A DNA stretch of 63,818 bases, filler included, from Octopus bimaculoides (GCF_001194135.2; 9 parts of 9 records of this genome joined end to end with filler, not necessarily neighbours in it); one strand, 5' to 3'. Positions 51,088-63,818 are shown, counted from the whole stretch's first letter. A program made the numbers and translations. Notes: a model not told the origin generated them from the letters alone.

Positions 51088-51587
51088 CAAATACCAAATC
51101 CCATTTCGTCAACATAATGTAATGTTTATCATTATTTATGGCTTTGAATTATAGTAAATGTTTCTCCAAACTGACATTTCTCTATTTCTATCATCTGCAA
51201 TTTAATTCCATTTTTACTAATTGGAAACCTTAATTCCACCACTTCCTTTATTAGCTTTGTTGTTGTTATTTCTCAAAAATGTATTAAAAATAATGTACAT
51301 TTCTCTGTTGTACAAACAAAATATGTCATTTTAGCATCTTTTCAATGCTGGCATGGACTGAACTGGTTTTCACTACCCATTATGATTCTAAATAATCTCA
51401 TCCACGAGTCAGGTCATTAATCACAGATCTGGCATCATTACTTCCTTCTACATCTACTGAATATGCCTTACCCTGTCAACATGTAACATATTTTCACTCA
51501 ACACTCATTATACATTTACAACACATGTGCACACCAGCATAGTAATTTCTCTCTTACATACATGAGTTATAATAGAAAGTGCCTTAC

Positions 51588-52317
51588 TTGTGTGTACCCA
51601 GTTCAACAGCATGATCCCATTTTATTTTCATTTTGTTAGCTACCACACTGTTGTGAAGAATAGAAACTGAGAATTTGAAACGATCTGATGCAAACAAATC
51701 TGATTCTATAATAACAAGTTCAGAAATAGATTTGTTTTTAGTTAACAATATGACTGGTTTATTTGGTTCTTGATAATATTTTGTTTCATTGCGATCACTT
51801 AAATTTAAGATTTCTTCAATTCTTTTATACTTTAAGGATCTCAAAGCATCAATATATGCCATCTTCTGAGTTTCTTCTTCAGAAACAGATTTTCCAAAAC
51901 CAATGGCTAAACTTCCAAGTTTAAGTATTCCTTCTTTTTCAATGTAGCCCTTCCTAACATTATAATCCAAAAAGAAAGGGCAATGTGTAGCATGAAGAGC
52001 TCGATCAAGACACATAATGGCTGAATTGTATGTAAATTCTTTGTCACTTAAGTAATGTTGTAACTTTCTGAGAGAGACTCTCAAAGATGCCATTTCTAGA
52101 TTGGAGTTGACTTCAGAAGAGTCCCTCTTCATTGGAGGATATTCAATAGGGTAACTATACTTGTCATTCAAGTGATCGCTTGGATATAATGAGTCACGCT
52201 GCTCAATTTTTAAATATTTATTTTCAGGTGGCAGATTATAAGAAGATCGTACAATTCTGGTATCAAGTGGTCTTTTCATCCCATCATCTCTAGACTGGAG
52301 ATAACTGGACCGCATAT
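51588..52317 (-). CDS. Coding exon of an NKRF/CDKN2AIP-like protein (dsRBD-like repeats)
   Basis: 243-aa open frame of normal composition. The acceptor is tttatttgtag|AT and the donor AA|GTAAGG. ELVIIES...ILHNSVVANKMKIKW resembles NKRF FVITEN...ILNNSASFNKMSIEY, and LAIGFG...QKMAYIDALRSL resembles a dsRBD C-terminal helix (comparison from memory). Confidence 0.65.
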
Positions 52318-52466
52318 CTACAAATAAATAAATAAATAAATAAAAATAAGAGGATGAATTTTATCTTATCACAAATAATACAGCAAAAATTAGAATAAGT
52401 TATTTGTTTATTCTTAGCATGAACAAAATATTTTCTAACATGGACAATTGCAATTGGCTGACTTAC

Positions 52467-52491
52467 CAAGGTACTTCAAAAAAGTGCCTGG
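52467..52491 (-). CDS. Candidate 25-nt micro-exon upstream of the NKRF-like exon
   Basis: ttatttgtccttag|CCAGGCACTTTTTTGAAGTACCTTG|GTAAGT splices in frame to give PGTFLKYL-D-MRSS. Confidence 0.3.
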
Positions 52492-53462
52492 CTAAGGACA
52501 AATAATACAGTAAATTAATTGGAATAGTGATACCGCATCTTAATATTCTTATTTGATGATGTTGCTGGAATTGCATAAATGTGAATTTAGGGTTTACATT
52601 CCAGCATTTACATTACTTGTCATTTTTACATTCTAACTTTTAAGAGCATCTTGTCAAATACTGTTGTTGGTTGATATAACTGACACTCAACCAAGCTGTA
52701 AATAAATGTAGGGCTCCCAAATGTATGGGCATAGTTCATAATCAATAAATGTGCTAATTTGCAGAGTTAGCATAACTTCTAGGAACTGCGCAAAGTAAGA
52801 GAAGGCTATCAGTTGATCCCAGATCTGTACCCTTAATTGTTTTAGTCATCTGACCACCGGATCTGGGATACCCTATTGGTACTTTCAATACCAACACAAC
52901 CAAAACCACCCAAAAATTATTTTGGCTTCTTTTACCAACCTGTCCCAAAATGCTCAAAATAACTTATGCAAACTCAAATGAGAATTTCAATACAAATCTA
53001 ATTACTATGTTCATGAAAATCCAATGTTTCATTAGATAAACAATTGATAGAGGATTTTCTGAAGCAGTACAAAAATTAGCAAAATATGCAACAAGCATAA
53101 CTACGTGTGTGATAGGGATTTGGATTTTTTAATATCCAACAGTGGAAGCAGTGACTCCAACAACAGATCTGATAATGATAATGAAAGCAATTACAAGCAG
53201 GCTATTCAGCAAAAATAAACAGCCTTTGAGAGAGAGAGAGAGAGCTAAAAGCTTGCCAACAGGATAATCCTTCAGCTAACCTCTATAAATAGGTTAAAAA
53301 AAAAAAAAAGAAAAAAAGAATGGATGCCAACATCAAAAGGAAAGTTCCCAGTGGGTGGTCAGCTGGAATGCCTTCCCAATGAGCATTTTACAAGAGTTGC
53401 TCTATAAAAAGAGGCATGCTTTACAAGTTTCCAGGCAGGAGCACTGACTAATTTTTGTGCGT

Positions 53463-53496
<34 letters not shown>

Positions 53497-53924
53497 TAAT
53501 TTTTATAAAATACTTTTTTCAAATTTACCTCATTATATATATTTTATTCACCAGTAATTTTAATTTATTAGTAAGGTGAGTGACAAAGTTTTCTTCAGAC
53601 AAATTCCAGTAGCTTGTTTTATTCTACCTTTATGACAGACTTGTTTTATGTGCATTTAAACTCAATAGTCTGCATTATTGTTTCTTTTTAGTCGTCTACC
53701 ACTCAGCTGAACTTTAGCTAATAACTTATTTTCGATAGTGATTTTAAAACAAAATTTAATAAGGTCAAGTGTGAGAGAAAAATTATGCAATAGATTTATT
53801 TAAGAACTATTTTCGTGTTCCAACACCCATATTTATATAAAAGAAGTTATAGTTGTTTTCTGAAACTAGTCTAAGTTATTTTAGAACACAGAGTGTTTAG
53901 TTAGAAATATAATAATGGTTTCAA

Positions 53925-54133
53925 ATTTTGGCACAAGGTCAGCAATTCTGGGAGAGAGGGTAAGTCGATTACATTGACCCCAGTGCTCAACTGGTACTTA
54001 TTTTATCAACCCCAAAAAGATGAAAGGCAAAGTCAACCCCAGGGGCAATTAAACTGAGAACATAATAAAGTCAGAAGAAATGCCACTAAGCATTTTGTCC
54101 AATATGGTAACAATTCTGCCAGGACACCACCTT
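53925..54133 (-). mobile_element. SINE family A, CpG-decayed copy
   Basis: Family A sequence with most CG changed to TG or CA. Confidence 0.85.
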
Positions 54134-54254
54134 AATTAGAAATAATAATAAATAGGTTAAATAACTATGAAAAGTTTAAGACTGGAAAGATTTAGCATAT
54201 ATTTGTGGGTTAAATTCCCATGCAGATATTGCTTCAACCAACTGTTCCCTCTAT

Positions 54255-54933
54255 AATTTAAGGCTTTGGACTGTGATGGAAATCAACATTAATCACAATC
54301 TTCTCCTGTGAATAGAGCAATCAGCAACAAAATCTTGTAGTTCAGTACTATTTTATTTTAGTTTAATATGCTATTAAAAAAAAACAAAAAAAAAACAAGA
54401 AACACTTAACTGTGTTCATCAATAATAATGTTCAAATTCTGTCTGTGTGAATAGATCAATAAGATACTTGATTTAAAACAAGAGTCAACATATGCTTATG
54501 TAGAGACGCACATGCACTAACAAAAACATGCTTCTAATAAATGTGTGTGCTTATATATATACATACATATATATATATACACACACACACACACACGTTT
54601 GTGTGAATGTTTACATTCTCTACAAATAGTGAATTCTGTTGACAATTCCTTTTTAACAAATTAGTACACTAGCTCTGCCTTTTTGAAAAAGTATTAAAAA
54701 AATTCTTTGCTTGAAAAACTAGTCACAAGAAGGGTTTCCAACTGCAATTTAAGGCTTTGAACTGTGATGGAAATTAACATTAATCACACAATCTTCTCCT
54801 GTAAATAGAGCGATCAGCAACAAAATCTTATAGTTCAGTACTATTTTGTTTTAGTTTAATATGCTATTAAAAAAAAAAAAAAAAAAATCAGAAACACTTA
54901 ACTGTGTTCATCAATATAATGTTCAAATTCTGT
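54255..54933 (+). repeat. ~188-bp direct repeat (54255-54442 and 54746-54933), roughly 90% identical
   Basis: AATTTAAGGCTTTG.ACTGTGATGGAAAT...ATGTTCAAATTCTGT occurs twice. Confidence 0.9.
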
Positions 54934-55722
54934 GCCTGTGTGTATTTTTCTACCCATGCTGCACAGAAAAACATGCAAAATTAATGACTGTATGCATGTA
55001 TGTATAGATGTCTGAGGACATTATCCTCATGACCCTCCCATGACTAGTGAGTAAAGATGGGTGAATGGGTATTTATGTATATATAATAATGAAAAAGATG
55101 GCACAGAAGGACAAAGAAATTTACAAGAAAACAGAACTGCATAAACAAATGCAAACATGCTCCAGCCCTGTCAGTTATTGACCAAATATCATAATTTCAA
55201 CTCTTTCCAACAAAATTCTGCAATTTGAGTGTACCAGCTGGGGGTATTAAACAAGTGGACATGAAGAAAAAAAGGACAGCAACAGAAGATACAGTATTTT
55301 GACCAAATGATAAATTAAGAGGAGTTCTGATAATTTTAGCATCCACTTTCCTGCTGGCATGGGTTAGACGGTCTGGCCATAACTGGTAAGCCAGAGAGCT
55401 GTACCAAGTACCAGTCTGATCTGGCTTGGTTTCTAACGCCAACCACTCCAATAGTGTAAGGGGTGCGTTTATGTGTCACTGGCATTGGCTATGACAGCAA
55501 TGAGTCTTCTCAAGCACAGCAAATTGCCAAAGGTCTTGATCATTTATCGCCTCTGTGAGACCCAACATTTGAGGATCATGTTTCAACCATCATGTCCCTT
55601 GTCTTACTGGGTCTGCTTCTTCCACAGGCTCCCTTCACAGTCAGAGGCAGGTAAAAAATACAAAATATGTACACGTGTATCAATAAAACATATATGCAAA
55701 CATGTAAATACACATGTATGTA

Positions 55723-55784
<62 letters not shown>

Positions 55785-55931
55785 CACACATATATAATAT
55801 ACTAGCAGAGCCNNNNNNNNNNNNNNNNNNNNNNNNNNNNNNNNNNNNNNNNNNNNTTAATTAATTAANNNNNNNNNNNNNNNNNNNNNNNNNNNNNNNN
55901 NNNNNNNNNNNNTTGGTTATGCATCATTAGA

Positions 55932-56249
55932 TGTATACCTGACTTTCCTATATAAAATTAATGAATATAACGGAACGCTGAACTCCGGACTATTAACTTA
56001 AACAACACTTTATTTAGGTGGTAAATATATATACATCTTTAGCTCTTGTTGTTACAGCTTCTATTGTGTGTGAGCATAGTTGTTGGGACGTGGGTATGTA
56101 GTTGCAAGCGAGCTGTCGAGTGTAAGTCCGAAAGATGTAGAGAGACAGCTTAACACGTCCATGCTCATGGTCGGCCGACCGTAAAAGAGGTAGAATTAAG
56201 CGGGAACGCTTGGCTGTTTAATTCCACGCATGCGCATGGTGTTACTACA
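55932..56249 (-). mobile_element. Possible solo LTR / CpG-rich island
   Basis: Minus strand begins TGTAGTAAC, contains AATAAA and ends ...TTCA (55962) or ...TACA (55932). About 15 CpG in 290 bp. Confidence 0.4.
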
Positions 56250-56519
56250 CATTTTTCAACAGTTTTATATATGTAACCTTGAAATGCAGCTGTATATGAG
56301 TAAAATGCACAGGAGAATTTGATTTTGCAAATGTACCTGAATTTGAAAAACTTGTAGTTGGTTTTAATTAAATTTATTTACATACCTGTGAAACTAGTTT
56401 CAACTCCTGCTTCATAGAGCTCCACTCAACTAGGAGTCCACTTCACTGCAGACCAGCTCCCTAGCTATCCCACAGTGAAGTTCCTGTCTACAATTCCTTT
56501 GGCATAAATCCTTGGGCAG

Positions 56520-58360
56520 TGCCCTACATATAGCTCCCTGCCTCTACCAAAACTGTTAACTGTCATTGGAACCAGAAAGGTATTTTAACTGCTCTGCCTG
56601 TTTCTTTAGTGACTTTCTTGCCAAGGATTGGTGTAATTTGCCCCTGTTTGGTGGTTGAGCTATTTGGACCAGACTGTCAATATTGAGATGGGTCAATTTC
56701 AACCTATCAATGGAAACTCTGTCTTGTTGTCCACTAATCAGAAGTTGGAGCGATCCGTCCCCCAGACATATTACTTTATACAGGCCATCATAGGGTGAAT
56801 GGAGGGTATTTTTATCATGTTTCATGTCGAATGAACATGAACTTCGCTATGCAGAGGTCATTTGGTATGGATGATTTAGGTGTACCACGTGCTGACATGG
56901 GAATAGGGTGCAACTGGCCCACACTGTCTCTAAGTTGCACGAGATACCTCTTGACATCTGGGTTTGACTTTCTGTTGAGAAGGAACTCTCCTGGCACTGT
57001 ACATCATTTCTGTGGAAGAAGTGTTGAGATTTTCCTTTGGAGCAGTGCAGATTCCCAGCATCACCCATGGATGTTGATCAATCCAATAGGGCCTATTAAG
57101 TCTAGTTGTCAGGGATTCCTTCAGGCAGCAGTGAAATCTCTCCACTAACCCATTGGCCTGTGGATGGTAGGCTGTTGTGCACTTCATTGTGATTCCAAAA
57201 AGGTTACACATGTCATTCCACAACTTTGAGTGAATTGTGGGCCCCAATCATTTCAAATGCTATCTGGGCCACTGAAATGGGTTTGTGATGAAAGCTCAGC
57301 TGACTTCTTGTGTTTCCATGCCATGGAGAGGGATAGCCTCAGGCCAACAAGGTTAATGTCAGCATGGCTGAAATGGGCCTGTGGTAGTTCATAGTTGCCA
57401 AGGGGTCTTTTGGTGAGCTGATGAACCTTGGCTTGCTGACAGGGGATACAGGTCTTACTCTACTCCCCAATTTGCTTGGTCATACCATGCCAGATGAAAT
57501 TGCTTGACAGCAGGCACCATGTGGCTCTAGTACCCAGGTGGGACAATCTGTGAATGACGTTGAAAACGTTCCTGCGCCAGGCTAATAGGATGATTGATTG
57601 TGGCTTCCCAGTGGTTACACACAGTAGGGTTGTGCCATTGGAGCCAAAGTGCACATCCCGCAAGGAAAGTGACATGATGGCAGTGTAGTAGGCTCTGATC
57701 TCCTCGTGTCTGATGAGTTGCAGCCATAGCCTTGTAATTTAGGCCTTCCATTATTGAGGCTAGATAGGTGTGAGATCAGGTAGAGGCATGAGAGAGTGCG
57801 TCAGCAGCAGGGTTGCCTTTTCCTGCTGTGTTAGATGTCCGTGGTATACTCAGAAATGGCTGATAGCTGTTGATGCTCACATGCATACCAAGGCTCTGAG
57901 AGCTTGCTCATAGCAAAGGTGAGTGGTTTGTAGTCTGTGAACTCAGTAAATGTGTGGCCTTCAAGAAAATAGTGAATGGCAGACACATAGATGGACAACC
58001 AGCAGTTCTCTTTCAAAAGCATTGTATTTCTGTTCAGGAGGTCGTAGTTGTTGACAGAAGAAGGCAAGTGGTTGCCACTGACCATTGATGCATTGTTCCA
58101 AAATGCTCCCAATGGCTGTGTCAGACACATCGACTGTGAGTGCAGTCCAAGCTGACATATGAGAACGGGACAGCATGATTGCTTTAGCCAGGGCTTGTTT
58201 TGTGGATTTGAAGGCTAAGGTCATTGCACCATCCCACTCCACCTATCGTTTTGGACCATCTTTTGACAGGGCCTTGTATAGAGGTCTCATCACTGTTGAT
58301 GAGACCCCTATACAAAAGTTTCAATAATTTTATGTCAAAATGTAGTTTACCACTAGCTTA
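56520..58360 (-). mobile_element. Ty3/Gypsy LTR retrotransposon pol remnant (RNase H, integrase, GPY/F)
   Basis: TVDVSDTAIGSILEQ...WQPLAF, FTDYKPL, H..SH.G...CIPCQ zinc finger, TTAYHPQANGLVERFH and SPYDGLYKV...DRVSIDRLK. A purine tract GGTAGAGGCAGGGAG is followed by TGTAGGG. Confidence 0.92.
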
Positions 58361-58497
58361 TCATAGTGCAAAAAAGTGAATTAAGATCGAGTTAAANNNN
58401 NNNNNNNNNNNNNNNNNNNNNNNNNNNNNNNNNNNNNNNNNNNNNNNNNNNNNNNNNNNNNNNNNNNNNNNNNNNNNNNNNNNNNNNNNNNNNNNNN

Positions 58498-58549
<52 letters not shown>

Positions 58550-58619
58550 CAGGTAAATTGTCATCATTTTATATTTTCAATTTCATGCATGCACATTGTT
58601 TATTTTTGATTTTGTCGAC

Positions 58620-59430
58620 TACACAGTATAGTAGGGTGAGTTGGGCACCATTTGTGAGAAAAACAGCACCATGATGCAATTCTCTCTGCCATAAATTTGG
58701 AAACGACATGCTGCACTGCTTGGCATTTGCACTGGAAGCTCCAACACGAACAGATGATGAAGACACAGAACAACCATTACCTTGCCGTGTACCCAAAACA
58801 TGTATTAAGAGTGATAAAAATCAAACATCCAGTCAACATCATGGTGCTTGGAGTGATCACTAGTGATGGCGATGTTATGCCTCCATTCATCTTCCCACAC
58901 AGCCTCAGACTCAACACGGAGGCCTACATCAAGTGTATTGAGGAGGTAGTGCTGCCTGCCCAGGGTCAAGGAAGTGGTTGCTGAAAGACCCTGTGTCTGG
59001 CAACAGGACTCTGCACTGTGCCACACAAGCAGGAGAACCCAGTCATGGCTGTCAGACAATTTCTACAACTACATCACCCCTAACATCAAGTCACCTGACT
59101 ATCTAGACTGTAACACACTTCATTATCATGTGTGGGGCACAGTTGAGCAAAAGACCAACAAAACTCTTTGTAACACCAAAGATGCACTGAAGGCAAGGAT
59201 TATGGCAGCATTCACCAACATAAAAAAGGAGACCATCCAAAAGAGTTGCAGGAGATTCTGAAGTTGTGTGGAGGCTTGGGTTAAAACCAGTGGCGATTTT
59301 ATTGAATAAATTTACTCTTTAATATTTCAAGATATTTTTATGTAATTTTGATAAACATATCTATTGAAATGAGATGTCAGTGTTATTTTCATTTTTGCGT
59401 AATTTAAACAATATATTTACCAAACCCTGT
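58620..59430 (+). mobile_element. Tc1/mariner DD37D-like element, internally deleted, with catalytic C-terminus
   Basis: HPVNIMVLGVITSDG..MPPFIF, WQQDSALCHTS, SPDYLDCNTLHYHVWG. It ends CCCTG-TA. Confidence 0.85.
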
Positions 59431-59906
59431 ATATATAATCAATATATAGATGAAGCAATTGCTGGCGATCTGTTGCTACACAGTTTTGCCAGAATTCTAT
59501 CAGATTGGGCAGAAGATGTTGATGCACCATTTTGCATTATGTTCAAAATAGCTTCTGGAATGTGGTGCATTACTGAAGTCTGTTGTTGTCAATATATATG
59601 TATGAACAGATGTCACCTTTAAAATAGAAGGTGATAATAAATAAAATAGTTTATAACTCCAAGGCAGCTGGTGTACACCTGTCTTCTTTGCAATAAATTG
59701 CACACCTGATCTTAAAAAGTTACATGACTAGATAAAGGCTATATGAATGATTAAATAAATTTATATGCTTTGCGGCGATCTGTTGCTACACAGTTTTGCC
59801 AGAATTNNNNNNNNNNNNNNNNNNNNNNNNNNNNNNNNNNNNNNNNNNNNTTAATTAATTAANNNNNNNNNNNNNNNNNNNNNNNNNNNNNNNNNNNNNN
59901 NNNNNN

Positions 59907-59981
<75 letters not shown>

Positions 59982-60155
59982 GTATATGTATGTATAAAGA
60001 ATAGATAAATGCTGTTAAGCACAATGCATATCTCTAAAGCAGAAATATAATGCACATTATGAGTGTAAAATGACTTCATAATTCAGGATGTAATCCGCGT
60101 TTGTGTGAATTGCGAGCTATCACACATTATATCCCATTGATTATATATATATATC

Positions 60156-60367
60156 TTAGTTTTCGTCCTGTATATCTTTGTATGAATTCTCAACCGAGAC
60201 AAAGAAATTCTCAAAGAAATCACAAAGATACTCAAACGTCGGTCTCATCTCTGCTTTTTGTCGCCAGCATCCTTGCAAAAGACTGTTTAGAGAACTGGGA
60301 CAGTTTGGTGGTGCTTTCATACGATATCCTTTTTGTAGTGCTTGGATCGTCTCAGCATTGGACATTC
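60156..60367 (-). CDS. Src-family tyrosine kinase, last coding exon
   Basis: Acceptor ttcttgctgctttcag|GA. The exon reads (G)MSNAETIQALQKGYRMKAPPNCP...CW...RPTFEYL...VENSYKDIQDEN* and includes a tail Tyr. Confidence 0.93.
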
Positions 60368-60540
60368 CTGAAAGCAGCAAGAAGTGAAAAGATGATAACA
60401 GTGCTGGTAGTGGCTGTGATGAAAATGATGATAGCTATGTTTTTTTGGTGGTGTTGTTGTTGTTGTTGTTGTTGGTGATGGCGTCAGCGGTGGTGGTGGT
60501 GGCGATGGTGATGGTGATGATGAGGATGACTGCAATGGCA

Positions 60541-60587
<47 letters not shown>

Positions 60588-60694
60588 AGCAATGTTTTTT
60601 GGTATTGTTGTTGTTGTTGGTGGTGGTAGTAGTGGCGGCGGCAGCGGTGGTGGTGGAGGTGATAATGATGACAGTGGAGGCAAGGATATTCTTT

Positions 60695-60878
60695 TCTACT
60701 CTAGGCACAAGGCCTGAAATTTTTGGGGAGGTGGCCAGTCGATTAGATCGACCCCTGTATACAACTGGTACTTAATTTATCGACCCCGAAAGGATGAAAG
60801 GCAAAGTTGACCTCGGCGGAATTTGAACTCAGGACGTAAAGACAGACGAAATACCGCTAAGCATTTCGCCCGGGAGTG
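60695..60878 (-). mobile_element. SINE family A in the last intron of the kinase
   Basis: Reverse-complement family A copy, truncated by a gap. Confidence 0.9.
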
Positions 60879-61765
60879 NNNNNNNNNNNNNNNNNNNNNN
60901 NNNNNNNNNNNNNNNNNNNNNNNNNNNNNNNNNNNNNNNNNNNNNNNNNNNNNNNNNNNNNNNNNNNNNNNNNNNNNNNNNNNNNNNNNNNNNNNNNNNN
61001 NNNNNNNNNNNNNNNNNNNNNNNNNNNNNNNNNNNNNNNNNNNNNNNNNNNNNNNNNNNNNNNNNNNNNNNNNNNNNNNNNNNNNNNNNNNNNNNNNNNN
61101 NNNNNNNNNNNNNNNNNNNNNNNNNNNNNNNNNNNNNNNNNNNNNNNNNNNNNNNNNNNNNNNNNNNNNNNNNNNNNNNNNNNNNNNNNNNNNNNNNNNN
61201 NNNNNNNNNNNNNNNNNNNNNNNNNNNNNNNNNNNNNNNNNNNNNNNNNNNNNNNNNNNNNNNNNNNNNNNNNNNNNNNNNNNNNNNNNNNNNNNNNNNN
61301 NNNNNNNNNNNNNNNNNNNNNNNNNNNNNNNNNNNNNNNNNNNNNNNNNNNNNNNNNNNNNNNNNNNNNNNNNNNNNNNNNNNNNNNNNNNNNNNNNNNN
61401 NNNNNNNNNNNNNNNNNNNNNNNNNNNNNNNNNNNNNNNNNNNNNNNNNNNNNNNNNNNNNNNNNNNNNNNNNNNNNNNNNNNNNNNNNNNNNNNNNNNN
61501 NNNNNNNNNNNNNNNNNNNNNNNNNNNNNNNNNNNNNNNNNNNNNNNNNNNNNNNNNNNNNNNNNNNNNNNNNNNNNNNNNNNNNNNNNNNNNNNNNNNN
61601 NNNNNNNNNNNNNNNNNNNNNNNNNCCACCGTTTCTTTCTTTCATTCTTCCTTCCTTCCTTTCTTCCTCCCTTTCTTTCTTTCTTTCCTACCTCCCTCCC
61701 TCCCACCGTTTCTTTCTTTCATTCTTCCTTCCTTCCTTTCTTCCTCCCTTTCTTTCTTTCTTTTA

Positions 61766-62020
<255 letters not shown>

Positions 62021-63818
62021 CTAGCAATTCCTGGCGTAGATCCAGCAACAAAAGCGCAGTAACACGGATGATGCCGAAAGGCAGAACTATAGAAGTCCCT
62101 AAAGTGACAAAGGGTACTAGTTAGCACCAGCATCGCTAGAAATAAGAGTAAAAACAACTCTTAGCCAAGATAAAGCATTTATCTTAGGACTGACAAGGAA
62201 GGCAAGCGCCCTCCAGCATCTGGGGGCATAGCCTGATATATGGGTTGTCTTTGTGTCTGTGTTTGTCCACAACCACTGCTTGACCACTGCTTGACAATCG
62301 GAGTTGATGTTTATGTTCCCGTAACGTAGGGAGTTCGACAAAACAGATCGATATAATAACTGCCAGACTTTAAAAAAAGTATTGGAGTCGATTCATTCGA
62401 CTAAAATGTTTCAAGGTGGTGCTCCAGTAAGGCCACAGGCTAACGACTGAAACAAGTATATAAGATATGTATGTATGTATGAGTGAATATATATATATAT
62501 ATATATANNNNNNNNNNNNNNNNNNNNNNNNNNNNNNNNNNNNNNNNNNNNTTAATTAATTAANNNNNNNNNNNNNNNNNNNNNNNNNNNNNNNNNNNNN
62601 NNNNNNNCGTGAGAAAGGAAAGGAAGAAAGAGAGAAAGAAGGACAAAGGAAGAAAAGCGAGAAAGGGGGGAGGGAAGAAAGAAATAGAAAAAGAAAATGA
62701 GCAAGAAGGTAGTTTAATGTATATAGCAAGCTTACATAAAATTAGACTGCGTATATGTGTATACAAAAATGTATATTAGCATCACGTATATAGATATATA
62801 TGAGGATATGTATGTAAATACTCACAAACAACCATATACATGCGTATGCACACATTCAAGTATGTGTGAGCGTGAACCTGAGTGCACATTCCCATATATA
62901 ACATAGATGCACACACGCGAATAAATGCATGTATGTGTAAATAAATATAAGCATACACTCTTACCCATGCATACACAAAAACGCACGCACACGAAATCAT
63001 AACTGTATATGCACAAGTGTAAACCTAGGCTCTATACGTAAGCATAGACGCACACATACGAATACGTAAGCATTGTTACAATACAGACATCTACATAAAA
63101 AACTTTTAGGTCTCAGCGTATACATGCAGACAACTTTTTAAGAAATTGTTGGGTGTATAAAAGTTAAAATCGGGCAAAAATACATGCATAATAAAATTCC
63201 ATATGTCGAACCGTCCATAAAAACGGTAAAATTTGTATACAAAGTGTTTTAAAATAAATACAAATAGAATAGAATAAAGTAAAACAAGGAAGAAGAAAAA
63301 AACTATACATATAACAGTCGAAGGTTTTCTTAAAATGACGTAGGGGTCTATACAAAATTCTTACAACGCTAAATAAATCATTTATAATGCGGTACCAATC
63401 CAATAGTAAGATTGCACAATGGTTATGAGGAGTCAAACATTATCAAAAAAATATACTACCCATACGGTATGTTACTTGCTGACATTTTAAATTTGGACGC
63501 ATGTCTACATGAATTTAAATGTTCGCGTCTTTAGTTCAGAGCTTTCTTATCTTGGAATAAGATATGCAGCTTTTCCAACAAACACAAATCACATTTCATT
63601 GGTCTTTTATGGGTGCCGTGAGTGTAAGGCGATGCTCTACCTAAAATCCTCCATGTCACGTTGAAAGGTTGGACTTCGTTTTCCTTCAATTGCCAGACAT
63701 ATTTTGCCAGGCTACTCTTTGTCCTATTTATACATATATATACGTATATATATACATATACATAGAATTACATACATACATATATATATATATATACATA
63801 TATATACATACATACATA

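Noticed and set aside
54340-54420. C/D box snoRNA in the duplicated segment (minus TTGATGA...CTGA)
   Set aside because: Box C is imperfect, there is no terminal stem, and the interior is poly-U.
56386-56430. Possible small exon ending in CAG|GTATGT (EWSSMKQELKLVSQ)
   Set aside because: It has a weak acceptor, lies in probable LTR-derived sequence and shows no recognisable homology.
50249-59430. One giant Tc1/mariner element that captured the NKRF-like exon (N-terminal half at 50.3 kb, C-terminal half at 58.8 kb, same strand)
   Set aside because: The termini match only over CAGGGT, and the 58.6-kb element appears to have its own deleted 5' part. Two independent insertions are more likely.
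59374-59806. ORF 59374-59622 and a ~35-bp duplication at 59465/59774
   Set aside because: There is no recognisable domain or consistent splice frame, and the second copy abuts a gap and is probably an assembly-edge artefact.
60430-60680. Poly-Pro/Thr/His/Met ORFs next to the kinase exon
   Set aside because: These are intronic triplet repeats lying between valid GT and AG sites.

Overview
This is an AT-rich, microsatellite-saturated, gappy eukaryotic scaffold. It is most likely a coleoid cephalopod such as Octopus; that is an inference from the SINE families and the (AT)n/(TAA)n/(CA)n density. Host coding sequence is sparse and all on the minus strand: the last two exons of a Src-family tyrosine kinase (61902-61771 and 60367-60156) and a 730-nt exon resembling NKRF/CDKN2AIP dsRBD-like repeats (52317-51588). 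The rest is mostly decayed mobile DNA: about 20 copies of one tRNA-derived SINE plus other SINEs, at least 8 fragments of (TAA)n-associated R4/Dong-type LINEs, a Tx1/L1 endonuclease fragment, Penelope-like elements, Helitron/Helentron pieces, Tc1/mariner fragments and a Gypsy pol. The most notable unexplained structure is a set of minimal type I hammerhead-ribozyme motifs (6761, 30370, 37366, 39069, 39883). One of them lies in the 3' part of a short element with a tRNA-like Pol III head (13367-13618 and 37308-37561), and both loci show Penelope-style inverted junctions. This suggests a ribozyme-bearing SINE that may be mobilised by Penelope-like elements. Other points of interest are a stack of R4/Dong LINEs in (TAA)n arrays, a near-perfect 135-bp palindrome on an otherwise ruined Penelope, and a CpG-depleted domain of about 10 kb containing a CpG-intact LTR-like island. 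No database searches or folding programs were run. Family names come from motif recognition, and counts and percent identities are hand estimates.
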